The notes under the pieces are model-generated. The model made no database searches. It saw only the letters and a list, made by a program, of their open reading frames with translations, and was not told the origin of the DNA. A DNA stretch of 64,000 nt from the IMG/VR virus record IMGVR_UViG_3300032516_000011, positions 39,724-103,723 of that record; one strand, 5' to 3'. Positions 1 through 12,200 of this stretch are shown one piece after another; the stretch's first letter is position 1; the number at the start of each line of letters is the position of its first letter. Source of the stretch: a virus. A program made the position numbers and the translations under genes.

Positions 1-38
1 AAGATGGTATACTGCCGATTTTTGAGGGTCAATTTCGA

Positions 39-563
39 ATGTTACAAGATCAACAAACCATTGATGCTCTTATTACTTATATTGACGAACATGCCGGAGA
101 ATTTGTAATTGCAGATAGAATACCAAAAATAATTGTACAGAGCTTGCAGATATTGCGAGCGCCTTTTAGTGCACGTAGTTTAGAAGAATCTATAATATAC
201 ACTACGGCTATAATCAAACAACTAGATCGTGGAATGCGTATTGATCGTTCGCTACTGCACAAGACGATGCTTATATCGGAACCTTTACAACAATTTTCAC
301 AGCTATTAAAAGTTGCCTCAAAATTACCTCCGCCGATATCAAGCATAGCTAATGCCTTATCTACTGGACAAGCGCAGGCTGTACTGGGATTTATTGCGGG
401 AATAACTTTAGGTACAATAGATAGTATTAAAGAACTATTTGATCCATCATGTCCAGAAGTTACTACTACAGAAGATGTGTCCATCAATACCAATGACAAA
501 TTAAATGATACCCAAGATGAATATTTTGGCATCGGCGGGGGAGAGACTACGGCTATAAAATGA
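39..563 (+). CDS. hypothetical protein (virion module)
   Basis: 174-aa ORF whose stop overlaps the next start (ATGA). Confidence 0.6.
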   Translation: MLQDQQTIDALITYIDEHAGEFVIADRIPKIIVQSLQILRAPFSARSLEESIIYTTAIIKQLDRGMRIDRSLLHKTMLISEPLQQFSQLLKVASKLPPPISSIANALSTGQAQAVLGFIAGITLGTIDSIKELFDPSCPEVTTTEDVSINTNDKLNDTQDEYFGIGGGETTAIK

Positions 564-997
564 GAACTTTACAAGTATATGAACCTGATAGTATAACCGG
601 TGTTTTGGTGATGCGCTTCCCAAAAAACAGACCTTCATCAGTAACTGGTGTCCAAACCTTGTTGCAAAACATTGTCCTTTATTTAAGGACAAAGCCTGGA
701 TCAGATGCCTTTTCTACTGATCGCGGATCTATTTTAGGAGATAGTCGTGCTTTATCCAAGGTTCTAAATAACCAAACACAGCTAAAGGTATTGATATCTG
801 ACTCAATCCAACGCTGTCAATCTTATATTATTGATCAACAAACAAAACAACGAGAACGTGGACAAATATTAGCTCCAGATGAAACACTTAATAAACTTGA
901 GATAAATAATATTTATCAAGGGGCAGATATCACTTCCATATTTGTAGAAATTTTAGTATATACAGATGGTAACAAACAATATTTCCTAACGGTGTAA
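560..997 (+). CDS. baseplate wedge subunit, gp25-like
   Basis: 145 aa; LRTKPGS...RGS pattern typical of gp25/GPW-like proteins; directly upstream of baseplate J-like gene. Confidence 0.6.
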   Translation: MRTLQVYEPDSITGVLVMRFPKNRPSSVTGVQTLLQNIVLYLRTKPGSDAFSTDRGSILGDSRALSKVLNNQTQLKVLISDSIQRCQSYIIDQQTKQRERGQILAPDETLNKLEINNIYQGADITSIFVEILVYTDGNKQYFLTV

Positions 998-998
998 A

Positions 999-3971
999 AT
1001 GAATATAAAAGAATATATTATTGATAGACTTAATTCCTACGATCCCACTTTAGATACCAGCGATAATTCGGCGCTTGTGGATTTATTAGTTAATCCAGGT
1101 TCTGCAATGCTGGATCCGGTTATTTCCCAACTAAACTATTTATTAGACAATCTAGGACTAACAAGTCCAGATAATATAAGTGATAGTGAATTAGATGCTA
1201 TAGCTAAAAATTTTCTAAAGGCCAGGAAGTTGGGAGCTCAAGCTGTTGGTACTGTAGAATTATTTTATAATAATCCTATTGATTTAGATATACCGGCGGG
1301 AACAACCTTTACTAGTTCTACTGGAACTGTGTTCGTCACCAAACAAGCAATACATATACCGCTATCTGCTATGGCAGGAAATACATGGAACTTTCCAAGA
1401 TACTCAACAGGAAATATTCCGGTTGTTGCTCAAGAATTTGGTCTTATAAGTTCTATTGCCCCAAACAATATAAAAACTACAAATTTAGTTCCTGCCCCAG
1501 CATTAGTTACCAATCCCTCAGCATTTACTGGTGGGGTAGACCAAGAAAATAATGTTAATTTTATTTCCAGAATCATTGAAGAGGTTCTTACCGCAGCATT
1601 AGGAAGTGCAGCAAGTATAAAAACTAATCTTAGTCCAGCTTATCCATCCATTAAAGAAATTAAAACACGTGGAATGAATGATTTGGAGATGCTTAGAGAT
1701 CTGGTATACTCTGGAATACAGGTTTATTTAAATTATTATGTCGTCGATTTTTACGGTAAATTTTCAGGCATCGGCGATCTTCCATTTCCACAAAGTATAG
1801 CTTATTGGAATGTATTTTTTGATGATCCTACAACTACAGGATTAATTCCAGACTTACCACCCGTGGCCGAATTTTTTGATGAGTTTACTACAACTCAGTA
1901 TGGTGGAATTTATAAGTTAAATGATGCCCTTAAAACTACGATACAAACCCTTACAATATTAAAAGACGATTTTCAAGCAACCACGCTTGATTCGGCATGG
2001 GATCTATCTGATGCGATGACTGGTAACGGGGGACTCAAGGATCCAGATGAAATTGCGTTAACAACAATTAGTGGTTCTCAGATGCTTCGTGTCGGTCACC
2101 AACTTTCTATTAGCGAAGCTGACCAATTTAACATTGTATCTATTACACAACAACAGTTATACAATGCTTTGAATAGGTTAATGAGTGTTGATGTGTTAGG
2201 ACAAGATATTGTACAAAACTGGTTAGCAAAGTTTGGTATTACGGGTAAATGGCAGATCCTTTCCTATGTACATTTATTACAAGTCTTGGCTGCCAACCCA
2301 GTAAATGAAAGTACAGTTACTGCTCAAGAACGTATACTATGGGAGTTAATATTAGATTTAGCAAATGCTGGTCGTATTGAAGTCTCCCATAATTTTTATC
2401 CAGTTGTTAAACGTTGGCTCGCTAAACACCACGGTATCACAGTGACTGGACGATTTATGACCGATGATACGATTACCACCGACAGCACATTATCTTATGT
2501 TACAGTTTTACGTGATGAAACTTCTATAGATCCAACCAATGGGTATGGTTTTGCATGGATGATTAATGATGCTGCCAATAGTATCTTCAATGTTTACCTG
2601 GTCGATAATAGTCCTATGGCTAATGATTTATTTGTGAGCCCAACATTCATTGTTCAGCCTCAGGGCGAAAACCCATTTAAAGCCGCGGCACAAATAGATA
2701 TAAAGGCGAATAAGCTATATAGATATAAATTGGTTATAGGTACCGATTACGCCATGTCATTGAAGATATGGCTGGACGGTGCGGCGGAACCAGGATCTCC
2801 ACAACTTACAGCAGGAGCTCCTCTTAATGTTTCTGCCACTGGTACACACATAGGTTTCGGTGTGATGGGAACCCATAATGCGCGTTGGTTTTATGATGAT
2901 CTGTTAGTAGAAAATAGTGCGGGCGTACATACTGCGGCACTATATAGGTTGAAAGCAGACCCCGCGTTATTTCCAAACGGAACTTATTCTAGAGTTAATC
3001 ATTATGGGTATGGATATGATTCTGCGACCTACGGTTTAAGCGCATTTATTAAATCATTCAATGGAAGTGCTTGGATATGGACACTTATTGGTACTAATAC
3101 AAGTACAAATGTAAGTGATAAAACTAGTACCAAAGTATTATATGAATTTACCATGGGTAGTACGTATAGAGATACTGACAATTTTATCGATGTTTTAGTA
3201 ACGTCTACGACCGCACAACAAACTATTACAGAAGTAAGTTCGTACTATGTAAGTTTAGAAACAGGTATTCCATCAGGCGTTCATACGGGTGGATGTGCAG
3301 ATATTTATATAAACGATCCTGCTTCGATATTAGTAGCTGAACAAACTGTGAATAATGTGACGGGCAATTTATCGCTCGATGTGTCCAATGGATTTGTGGG
3401 GCCATTACACAGCATAGTAGATGTACAAACAGCGTTGGTAGGTGATTCTTTAATACAGAATGAAGACTGGACATTGATCACAACTAATCCAGCTACAGCA
3501 TTTTCTACTTTAGAATTTCCATATCTTGCATTTACCCCAAGCTTAATTAATACTAAGGTAAAGGTTATATACAGATATTATGCCTATGGCGCAGATGTCC
3601 AAACAAGAATAACTTCTGATGACTATCGTTATTCAGGAACAAGTAACCTGGCAAAAATAATGCCTCCAGTTATAGTACGTATAAACAGTTTAAATTATCG
3701 TGGACCTATTTCAGTGGCCCAAGTACAAACTGCTATATCAAACTATGTTAATAATAGTAGTACAAGAATTACGCGCGATGAGGTTGTAACCGCAGTATAT
3801 TCGGCAGGGATAACTTTCGTGGATCTTGCCACATTGGATATTGAGACTATCACGACTAACTATAAACGGATAACCTCCGATCCTGCACAACTTGTTGGTG
3901 AATATATTAAACCAGATTTAGCTGGCTTTTTTACGGATACATATGATATGAATGGAGTTATTAAGTTATAA
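999..3971 (+). CDS. baseplate J-like wedge protein with large insertion
   Basis: N-terminus has ELDAIAKNF..R..G..AVGTV, IPAGTTF and VTNPSAFTGGVDQE motifs of baseplate J proteins. Confidence 0.75.
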   Translation: MNIKEYIIDRLNSYDPTLDTSDNSALVDLLVNPGSAMLDPVISQLNYLLDNLGLTSPDNISDSELDAIAKNFLKARKLGAQAVGTVELFYNNPIDLDIPAGTTFTSSTGTVFVTKQAIHIPLSAMAGNTWNFPRYSTGNIPVVAQEFGLISSIAPNNIKTTNLVPAPALVTNPSAFTGGVDQENNVNFISRIIEEVLTAALGSAASIKTNLSPAYPSIKEIKTRGMNDLEMLRDLVYSGIQVYLNYYVVDFYGKFSGIGDLPFPQSIAYWNVFFDDPTTTGLIPDLPPVAEFFDEFTTTQYGGIYKLNDALKTTIQTLTILKDDFQATTLDSAWDLSDAMTGNGGLKDPDEIALTTISGSQMLRVGHQLSISEADQFNIVSITQQQLYNALNRLMSVDVLGQDIVQNWLAKFGITGKWQILSYVHLLQVLAANPVNESTVTAQERILWELILDLANAGRIEVSHNFYPVVKRWLAKHHGITVTGRFMTDDTITTDSTLSYVTVLRDETSIDPTNGYGFAWMINDAANSIFNVYLVDNSPMANDLFVSPTFIVQPQGENPFKAAAQIDIKANKLYRYKLVIGTDYAMSLKIWLDGAAEPGSPQLTAGAPLNVSATGTHIGFGVMGTHNARWFYDDLLVENSAGVHTAALYRLKADPALFPNGTYSRVNHYGYGYDSATYGLSAFIKSFNGSAWIWTLIGTNTSTNVSDKTSTKVLYEFTMGSTYRDTDNFIDVLVTSTTAQQTITEVSSYYVSLETGIPSGVHTGGCADIYINDPASILVAEQTVNNVTGNLSLDVSNGFVGPLHSIVDVQTALVGDSLIQNEDWTLITTNPATAFSTLEFPYLAFTPSLINTKVKVIYRYYAYGADVQTRITSDDYRYSGTSNLAKIMPPVIVRINSLNYRGPISVAQVQTAISNYVNNSSTRITRDEVVTAVYSAGITFVDLATLDIETITTNYKRITSDPAQLVGEYIKPDLAGFFTDTYDMNGVIKL

Positions 3972-5461
3972 TGATCCCGCAAATTACAAGACTTTGGGAT
4001 TATGTTGGAACAGCCTGGGATAGTTTTGAGAACAAAGATGTAATAGAAACATTTTGGCTTGCTCTCCTAAGTGGTCATCAACATATAATGGAATACACTG
4101 GAAATGTACAATTCAGTCGTACAATAGACATGATGTATCCTACATATGACTATGGCCCAGAAAATTATATGATTGTGTATTCGGGAGCAATAGAGGATCT
4201 AACTGTGGGACCTATAAAAACTACTGTGGAGCAGGTGCTTAATGGTGGTTTTGAAATTAGTACTTCTGGTTGGTCTTATAACGCTGCTGCATCTCCGTTC
4301 TCAAGATCTAATACAGTAGTACATGGTGGATCGTGGGCTTTAAAGATACCAGGTACACAGAGAAGTAATGATGCAACTTATGTATTTGGTGGAACTCAGC
4401 GCGGATCTTCTACATTAACGGCGTGGGTATATATAGCATCTGGTTATCTGAGTACGGATTTTGGTTCAGTAGGCATGGCGGTTCAAGGACCTATTAAAAA
4501 ATCTTTTCCAAAAGGAACAAAGGAAACTCCACTAGCTACAGATTTTTGGTATACCGCCACTATGGCGAGCGTACTTGCAAACCTGAGTATTCCTGGATGG
4601 CAAAAATTAACCATGCATATTCAAGCGGGTAATATTACACAAATACAAATAGTTAATACTACCAACAAAGATATTTATTTAGATGACGTATCATTTAAAA
4701 CGTTGGCTTTATTTGAATACCCACTTCCTGATTTTACATATTCGGTGCCAACATTAACCTATAAATATACTTATAATGGAGTAGTTTATAGTGGGATTTA
4801 TACACAAGACGTTGATTATGTTATGTCTGCCGAATTAAATTCTTTGGCATGGGTAGGTAGTGGAATAGTTCCAGACCAACGTTTTACTAATAAAGGTGTA
4901 TTGATGTCCACGGCCGACCATGTGTATCGAATTAATCCGGTACTTGGGCATGTATGGGCTAAACAATGTGGGTTTAATATACCATCCATGTATTCACAAT
5001 ACCGGGCCTATGGACAAGATAAATATACGCATTTAAAACAATTTATTTGGTCACTTGATTATTATCAAAATCAAGCACCCAATATCACCACATTAAAAAA
5101 TGCTTATGGCGTCGCTAGAGGATTGCCCTTTGCATATGAATCTGGGTTAATGAGCTATTCTCTTATTAGCGGTCTCTATACCACCTCAATCGGTGGATAC
5201 TCACATATTTTTCCTTCTGGAGTAATGCCACTGGCTTCGGGATACTACAATAAATTTTCTGTACTTGTCAGTGGATTAGATTTATATGATTATACCACGA
5301 ACCCAGCATTAATTGATAGCTATACAAATGTATATACACGTAGATCAACGCTAGTTTACAAAGTTAGCCCCACTTTATCGGGGATATCCTTTTCACAGGA
5401 TTTTCTGGATTCTTATACGGCAAAGATAATGCCAGAACAAATACAATATTTAATAAAATAA
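3971..5461 (+). CDS. baseplate/tail protein with carbohydrate-binding-like insert
   Basis: VLNGGFE...GW...IYLDDVSF is a CBM4/9-like signature; coupled to baseplate J gene. Confidence 0.55.
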   Translation: MIPQITRLWDYVGTAWDSFENKDVIETFWLALLSGHQHIMEYTGNVQFSRTIDMMYPTYDYGPENYMIVYSGAIEDLTVGPIKTTVEQVLNGGFEISTSGWSYNAAASPFSRSNTVVHGGSWALKIPGTQRSNDATYVFGGTQRGSSTLTAWVYIASGYLSTDFGSVGMAVQGPIKKSFPKGTKETPLATDFWYTATMASVLANLSIPGWQKLTMHIQAGNITQIQIVNTTNKDIYLDDVSFKTLALFEYPLPDFTYSVPTLTYKYTYNGVVYSGIYTQDVDYVMSAELNSLAWVGSGIVPDQRFTNKGVLMSTADHVYRINPVLGHVWAKQCGFNIPSMYSQYRAYGQDKYTHLKQFIWSLDYYQNQAPNITTLKNAYGVARGLPFAYESGLMSYSLISGLYTTSIGGYSHIFPSGVMPLASGYYNKFSVLVSGLDLYDYTTNPALIDSYTNVYTRRSTLVYKVSPTLSGISFSQDFLDSYTAKIMPEQIQYLIK

Positions 5462-5471
5462 TGGATAAATC

Positions 5472-8012
5472 ATGGAACGAGTAATAGTAAATGAAGGTAC
5501 AAAAGTTGATCTGTTCAATCTGTTCGAAGATTTACAGAACTATACAGCAAGCAACTTTAATAGACTAGTCGGTCTTTTTATAGAGAGCTACGGTATTAAT
5601 GCTAGTACGTTGGAGAATGGGCAAATATACCCATCTGATAACTCTCTACAAGTTACCGCATCAGCGGGCACATTTGTAAATGTGGCGGTTGGAGAGGCTA
5701 TTACTTCGGGATTACATTATATAGGAATCACTACTCCTACAACAGTATCGCTTGTAGGCTTAGGTATTGGTATACATACATTGTATATGCGGCATCAATA
5801 TACATATGGCAATCCTGTTAATGTAATGAGTGGTTTCGCAATCGGTCTTGTCGGAGGATCACAGAAAAATTCTCGTACACACGATTCTTATGCGTTTGTT
5901 TGGGATACAAGTCCCGCAGTTAGTGGAGTTATATTAGCACAAGTAAATGTTTTAGATGGTGCATATAACCACACCGTCACGGCAGATTATCGTTGGACTA
6001 ATGTATTTAAACTTGCCGCTAACGCTATGCCAGGATGGGATATAGTTAGAAAAAATTATCCGGGTGTACAAACAATGGCGTCCGGTATTCAAGCTGCATC
6101 CTATATGGTCAAGAGTACCTTAACTCCTAGCAATTCTTTTTTTCTGACTACAGGTAGCGGAATTAATACTTTAACAGGGTCAGAGGCCACCTCATTAAAA
6201 GCTTTAAGTCATATCCAAAATACAGATACATATACTACAGCGTCTGGTTTTTGGGTAGGCGGCGGTCCAGGTGTAGGGGCACTTGTTCTAACTGTGGCTG
6301 ATGATCCTATGATGCCATTAAATCTTCGTATAACAGATATATCTCCTGTTACGTTAAGTAACTATCGACAACCCGGATACGAAACAAAGCTTGCATTACC
6401 AGTTGCTCAAGGGATAATTTCCCATGACGCTGCATTCACGATCAGATGGAACTGGGATAATGTATTGATTAATAGTTTTGATGGTACTAATATTATGACA
6501 GTTGTATTAAATCCTGGTCCTATTCATAGTGTAGTTGTTAATGCATTAATAGGATATCATTTTTGGCACCCTGCAAACTTTGATTATGTAGTAACGGCTA
6601 ATACGGCAAGTGTATTACAGGTTGCGGGATCCAATATATACACCACACAATTAACGGTACAACCATACAAGCATACTACTAATATAAACACATTAGGACT
6701 TTTATTTTCTGGATCCCCCACAGCGGGATGTATACATAGTAACGCTATTCATTATGAAATAAATACACAAGTTTTTGCAGTACATCAAATGACTGTGCGA
6801 GAAGAACGCTATGAAAGTACTATAGTTGGAATAGATATTCCAGATAGTTTAATAACTAAAGAAAATTACTACTTAGGAGAATCAATAGGAATAAATATAC
6901 GTGCACGAACTATGAATAAAGTGTCTGGATGGCAAACTTTGCTTGGGGGCTCGTTCACAAAACCTTCGCCATGGAAATCTCCGGTGTACTATGAATTTCC
7001 AACGCTTGTACAAATCCCGGATATCTCTTCAGTTGGGGCCTCGGTCTCTGCTTCAGCAACTACGGCTGGATTCGTAGTGAATATAAATGGATGGACTTTA
7101 GCCACTGCGTTTGAATTGGTGTGGTCTACTGATGCTAATAGTACGGATTTTACTAATACAAGAGCTTTCCGCACGGTAAGTTCTTCTAGAACAATAGATA
7201 TTAGTACCACTGATTCAGCAAAATATTATATAAAAGTTCGACCACTCATTTCTGGACAGGCGGTTGCTGATCCTTTATCGGTAAATGTCACATCAGGGGC
7301 TGGAGGAATGGGAGTTATAATATATTCATTTGGCCCAGTACGTTCACATTTAAGAAGCTATTCCGGAACCCTTGGAGGATTGGCTACCGGAAGTTATGGA
7401 TATTCTTGGACCGTTTCTGGCCTGGCAAGTCCCGCTGGAACTTCCTATTCTGGAGTGCTTAGTGATTTTCCAACTATAGAGGGGGAAATTTTAACAGTAG
7501 GCAATAATGATTATACAATAGATTATATGATCCCAGACTGGCCGGGCAATGGACCTGCTGCTAATTCTCTTGTATTATTAGATTCCACAGGTGCCCAAGT
7601 ATCGACTGGGCTGGCTGGACAAGCTTTTACAATAGGTGTATCAAAATTTGCACGAGAACTAATAACATGGACAGGCCCAGACTTTGACTTTACAATAACA
7701 CAAATTGAGGTTTCTCAATATGGCAGACCCGGATATAGTTTATATCCTGTAGCTCCCGTTGTACGAGTATATCCTCTAGCAATGGAATCGGATGCGGATT
7801 CGGTTATATGTAGCACAAGTGGACAAATTAAATATACACAGCCTGCAGACATTTTTATAACTCAAATTAATGGAAATCGTATAGTACGTATTGATGCTTA
7901 TGACCCTAGTGGAGTAGCGGGTGCAAATAAAATGGGCTTAGTCGCCGATATCACATTAACTTATATGAAAGCTGTAACACATACAAATATTACTAAAGAT
8001 TTTGTAAGCTAA
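5472..8012 (+). CDS. virion structural protein (tail/baseplate, FN3-like segments)
   Basis: 846 aa, S/T/G-rich beta composition, YYIKVRP FN3-like strand; gene context. Confidence 0.55.
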   Translation: MERVIVNEGTKVDLFNLFEDLQNYTASNFNRLVGLFIESYGINASTLENGQIYPSDNSLQVTASAGTFVNVAVGEAITSGLHYIGITTPTTVSLVGLGIGIHTLYMRHQYTYGNPVNVMSGFAIGLVGGSQKNSRTHDSYAFVWDTSPAVSGVILAQVNVLDGAYNHTVTADYRWTNVFKLAANAMPGWDIVRKNYPGVQTMASGIQAASYMVKSTLTPSNSFFLTTGSGINTLTGSEATSLKALSHIQNTDTYTTASGFWVGGGPGVGALVLTVADDPMMPLNLRITDISPVTLSNYRQPGYETKLALPVAQGIISHDAAFTIRWNWDNVLINSFDGTNIMTVVLNPGPIHSVVVNALIGYHFWHPANFDYVVTANTASVLQVAGSNIYTTQLTVQPYKHTTNINTLGLLFSGSPTAGCIHSNAIHYEINTQVFAVHQMTVREERYESTIVGIDIPDSLITKENYYLGESIGINIRARTMNKVSGWQTLLGGSFTKPSPWKSPVYYEFPTLVQIPDISSVGASVSASATTAGFVVNINGWTLATAFELVWSTDANSTDFTNTRAFRTVSSSRTIDISTTDSAKYYIKVRPLISGQAVADPLSVNVTSGAGGMGVIIYSFGPVRSHLRSYSGTLGGLATGSYGYSWTVSGLASPAGTSYSGVLSDFPTIEGEILTVGNNDYTIDYMIPDWPGNGPAANSLVLLDSTGAQVSTGLAGQAFTIGVSKFARELITWTGPDFDFTITQIEVSQYGRPGYSLYPVAPVVRVYPLAMESDADSVICSTSGQIKYTQPADIFITQINGNRIVRIDAYDPSGVAGANKMGLVADITLTYMKAVTHTNITKDFVS

Positions 8013-8015
8013 TTT

Positions 8016-9230
8016 ATGCTAGATAATTTATCCATAGCGCAACCTAATATAGATAGACTGACCATACTTAATTCAGGTACGATCACTCTTATAGAAGATT
8101 TATATAGAGATGAGTTTGTATTAGATCGAAGTCGAGTTAAAGTAACTGTTGCTTCAGTACAGGTATCTGGAGTTATTAGTAGACTATATTATGAAATATA
8201 TGGTGGGGATTTAAAGGCTGATAATGTTATAACATTTATTACGGCTCCTTCTGGCACCGAACTAATTGAAATAGCCGGTACGAAATATAGATTTGCTAAC
8301 AGTCTCTCTGGTATAAATGATGTGCCAAGAAAGAATACAGCTTTAGGAAATGCAGTAGCTTTATACCGCGTATTAAATATTGCTGGTTTATCTGGAGCTG
8401 ATTATTATTCAGGACAAAATGCAAACATATATGTATCGGGGTTATTAGCTGATAATCCGTTGTATATTCAGGTGCGCGTATCCGGTATAATTGGAAACAC
8501 TTATACTATACGTAGACAAGCTTCATCTAGTGCAATAAAAATATATAATTGGAAATTTACTAAGGGTATGGTACAGGACCTAACAGATGCGATACAATAT
8601 GGATACGTTGCATATTCTGGGGTTAACGGAACTACCTATTTACCCGAAGTACCATCTTCCGATTATGGCAATATATACTATGTGCGCTTATATTTTGCTA
8701 ATAATAGTGGATTACAAGCCTTAAATACTGCGCAACAATTATCGGACTATTGGTTATATACCCCGACATTTTATGGGCGTACCTCATTACCTTATTATGC
8801 CGAAGTATCTGGACTTATAGGATCAGACTTAGTAGGAGGAAAAATTCCATCTATAGGAGAACTATCATTAAATTGGCGTGATATGATAGCATTCTCTGGA
8901 ATTACGGCTATGTTAGCTTCGCCAACTACTTCGGGAACACCCACCCAGTCTACTGACTATTATGATATGATAGAGTTGGGACAAAAATTTCATTACATAG
9001 TATTTGTATTCAAATCTGCTGCGGGCTCGTCCCCACAACGAAGCTGGCCAAGACCTCAGGATAATAATGGTACTTGGTATTATGCTGGCCGTACGGAAAA
9101 AATTTTTACTAAAGTAATCATGCCTTTTGGAACTACGTATTCTGTTTGGGTAGGTTTTGGAAATGCTGGTACACTACAAACATCAGGACTTCCTTTTGAT
9201 GTTGTTCATCCACAGATATACCTGGAATAA
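8016..9230 (+). CDS. virion structural protein
   Basis: 404-aa ORF in tail operon. Confidence 0.5.
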   Translation: MLDNLSIAQPNIDRLTILNSGTITLIEDLYRDEFVLDRSRVKVTVASVQVSGVISRLYYEIYGGDLKADNVITFITAPSGTELIEIAGTKYRFANSLSGINDVPRKNTALGNAVALYRVLNIAGLSGADYYSGQNANIYVSGLLADNPLYIQVRVSGIIGNTYTIRRQASSSAIKIYNWKFTKGMVQDLTDAIQYGYVAYSGVNGTTYLPEVPSSDYGNIYYVRLYFANNSGLQALNTAQQLSDYWLYTPTFYGRTSLPYYAEVSGLIGSDLVGGKIPSIGELSLNWRDMIAFSGITAMLASPTTSGTPTQSTDYYDMIELGQKFHYIVFVFKSAAGSSPQRSWPRPQDNNGTWYYAGRTEKIFTKVIMPFGTTYSVWVGFGNAGTLQTSGLPFDVVHPQIYLE

Positions 9231-9232
9231 CT

Positions 9233-12200
9233 ATGGCATATTTATTAAAACGAACCGCCGATAGTGTAGTATATGGAACAAAAATAAAAAACGGCTCGCT
9301 TGTTGTAGGTGCCTATGTTGTTCTATATAACTCTACTACCTCCGCACTTCTCGGACAAACTACAACCGATCAGTATGGTCGCTGGTCATTTATTTTAAAT
9401 ACTATTTCTCCCACACCAGGAACATACGAAGTACGTTTCTATGGTTCTGGATTAACCTCTTCTCTTCCTCCCGCAGGTGACTGGGAATTCGTCGAAGTCA
9501 TTGATCTCTCGGCAGTTACAGCTTCTGCAATAACCTATCGTGGAATATGGAATGTTTCAAAACAATACTACGGTACATCTACATATCATGAAGCTGTAAA
9601 AGCTCCCGATGGTAAATATTACTATTCAATAGCTAACAGTTTAGGTGTATCCCCTCCCAATGCTACTTATTGGACATATTTTTCTGACCAATTTTCATCT
9701 GTAGCTACCGACCTTCTCCTCGCGCAAGATGTAGCTGTAGGACGAACTATAACTCTTGGTACAGCATTAGACGATGGTGGCGCTGGTGGGATATTGAAAA
9801 CTGCTGGTGTGGGGACGTTGTATACAGGTACTGGAGGATTTTATGTTAAAGGTTCGGGACTTAGCGAACTTCGAATAGGGACGGTGAATGGTAGCTCAGC
9901 TTTGATCAGCGGTATTCTATGGGACGGCCCAAACGGTGTATTTGAAATTCGCTCGAAGAATTTTGTAGTAGATCGTTTTGGAAATGTAATATTGAGTGGT
10001 ACTATAACGGCGGCGTCTGGCATAATTGGTGGTTGGAATATAGGCCCTACTTATTTATATAGTAATGTAGGAGCAGGTGCTGGACTAGCTCCAAAAGAGT
10101 ATCCTTTTTTTGGCGGTGCTCTATATGCTTCACGTGCAACTGCTCCATTTAGAGTTGATACTTCAGGGAATATGTGGGCTACGGCCGGATATATTGGGGG
10201 AAATAGTACTAGTGATGGTTGGCAAATTACTACCGGATCATTAAGTACAGGGGATATACTTATAGTGGACGAGTACTTTCAAGTTAGTGCTGCCCTTAAA
10301 CGTTTCGGAGTTGGGCCTTTCTATGCAGGCATGTTTACTCACTATAGTGGTAGTGGTCGAGATGCTAGATCGGGAGTTCTTGGAACCACTTCAGAAAACG
10401 TTCCAGCAATTTATGTATCTGCCAATGTTGAACCCCCAATTATAGATTTTGACACCATTGCTTTTTATGTAGATCAGTATGGTGGAATGAAGGCATCGCA
10501 CATTGATCTACTGCAAACTGCCTACTCCACCACACTAATATCTAATAACTTATTAAATACAGTAATTAAAAAAGATATTATTGTAGGAGATATAATACCA
10601 CGAAGCTTTAATACTTTAGGTAGTGGAACTGCTTTGGGTTTTGATACACTAACTGGATACTGGAAACCGTTCACATACACTAAGGCTATAAGACAAAAAA
10701 TTGATGTGTTCCCAGATATATATCAGAGTACTTTAAGTGGCTGTCTTAGTACTTATGGAACTGTTAATCTTACTACATCCTTTCCTATATATGCTACTGA
10801 TGCGGTGATGGTGTTTGATCGTAACGATTCGACTGGATATAAAGGACTATCGTTACGCGGACAAAACCGAATTAACAGTACAGGGTTTTTAACAGGCGGT
10901 AACTCTCTACTTAATTTATACCAACTAAGTAATGAAGATGCAGCAACACAAACCGTAGAAATTTTTCATAGCCTCTCAGGTATCACAAGTGAAGTACAAA
11001 AAACACTTTTTATTAGTTCCACTGGCTACGGAGATAATAGAACCATATACGTGATGGCGGACTCGCGCGTTGAAAAACCCAATGCTATACATGCAGCGCG
11101 CGGTGTATCGGCAGAAGCATATTCCAATGCCAGTGGTTTGGCTTATGGTGTACAAGGATATGCGTATGGCAACGGAGGCACAAGCCGTGCTGTTGGTATT
11201 GTTGGTTATGCATCTGGTGGGGGAACTGGTGGAACATACGCCGGTTTATTTGATAATGCCCCGGTACAATTTAGATCGTACGAAGAGCTATGGGAAATCG
11301 CAGCTCCGGGAACGCCTGCTACTGGAACAGGATTTCTTTACCCAAAAGCAAACCATCTTTTATATTGGAAGAGTCAAGCCGGTATTGAGTATGATTTGAC
11401 TGGAGCAACTACAGGCTCTGGAATAACAAGTTTAAACGCACTCACTACCAGTACTCAAAATTTTGTACCCGGTACAGCGGGATCCACTTTTAATATATCC
11501 TCTGCAGCCAGTACGCACACATTTAATATTCCGAATGCGGCGCTTTCGGCTAGTGGGTTAGTTACTACAAGTGCCCAGACGTTTGCAGGAGACAAAACCC
11601 TTCGAAATTTTTTAATCTTCGATACCTCTAATATTGCTCCTCCAAGTGGAAGTACTCGGTCACTTGGTACTCGAGCTGTTCTATATTCACAAGTTGGTGG
11701 CGGTAATGCAGACTATGCGATAGGAATAGATAATGGATCATTTTGGCTTAGTCTTCCACTTCCTGACTCTGGATATTCATATCAATGGTATGGTGGTACA
11801 ACAAAAGTAATGACTCTCGACGCGACTGGGGTATTAGCAATACTTGCTTCTGGAGTTAGTACGAATATTAGTAATTTTATTGAACTCAATGAAATTATCG
11901 CCCCCATTTCTCCTGGTGCTAGTAAAGGAAGATTATATGAAAAAACAGATAGACGACTTTACTTTAAAAACGCAACAGGAACAGAGTATGATTTAACTTC
12001 ATCGGGCATAACCGCATTAAATGGTTTAACAGACCCTGGACAAACATTAGCTACTGGAACCGCCGGCTCAACATTCAACATCGTTTCGTCAGCAGGAACA
12101 CATACGTTCAATATACCAGTAGCTGGAACAACTGCTAGTGGTTTGATGACTACGAGTGCTCAAACATTCGCTGGAAATAAATCCTTCAGTGATACAATAG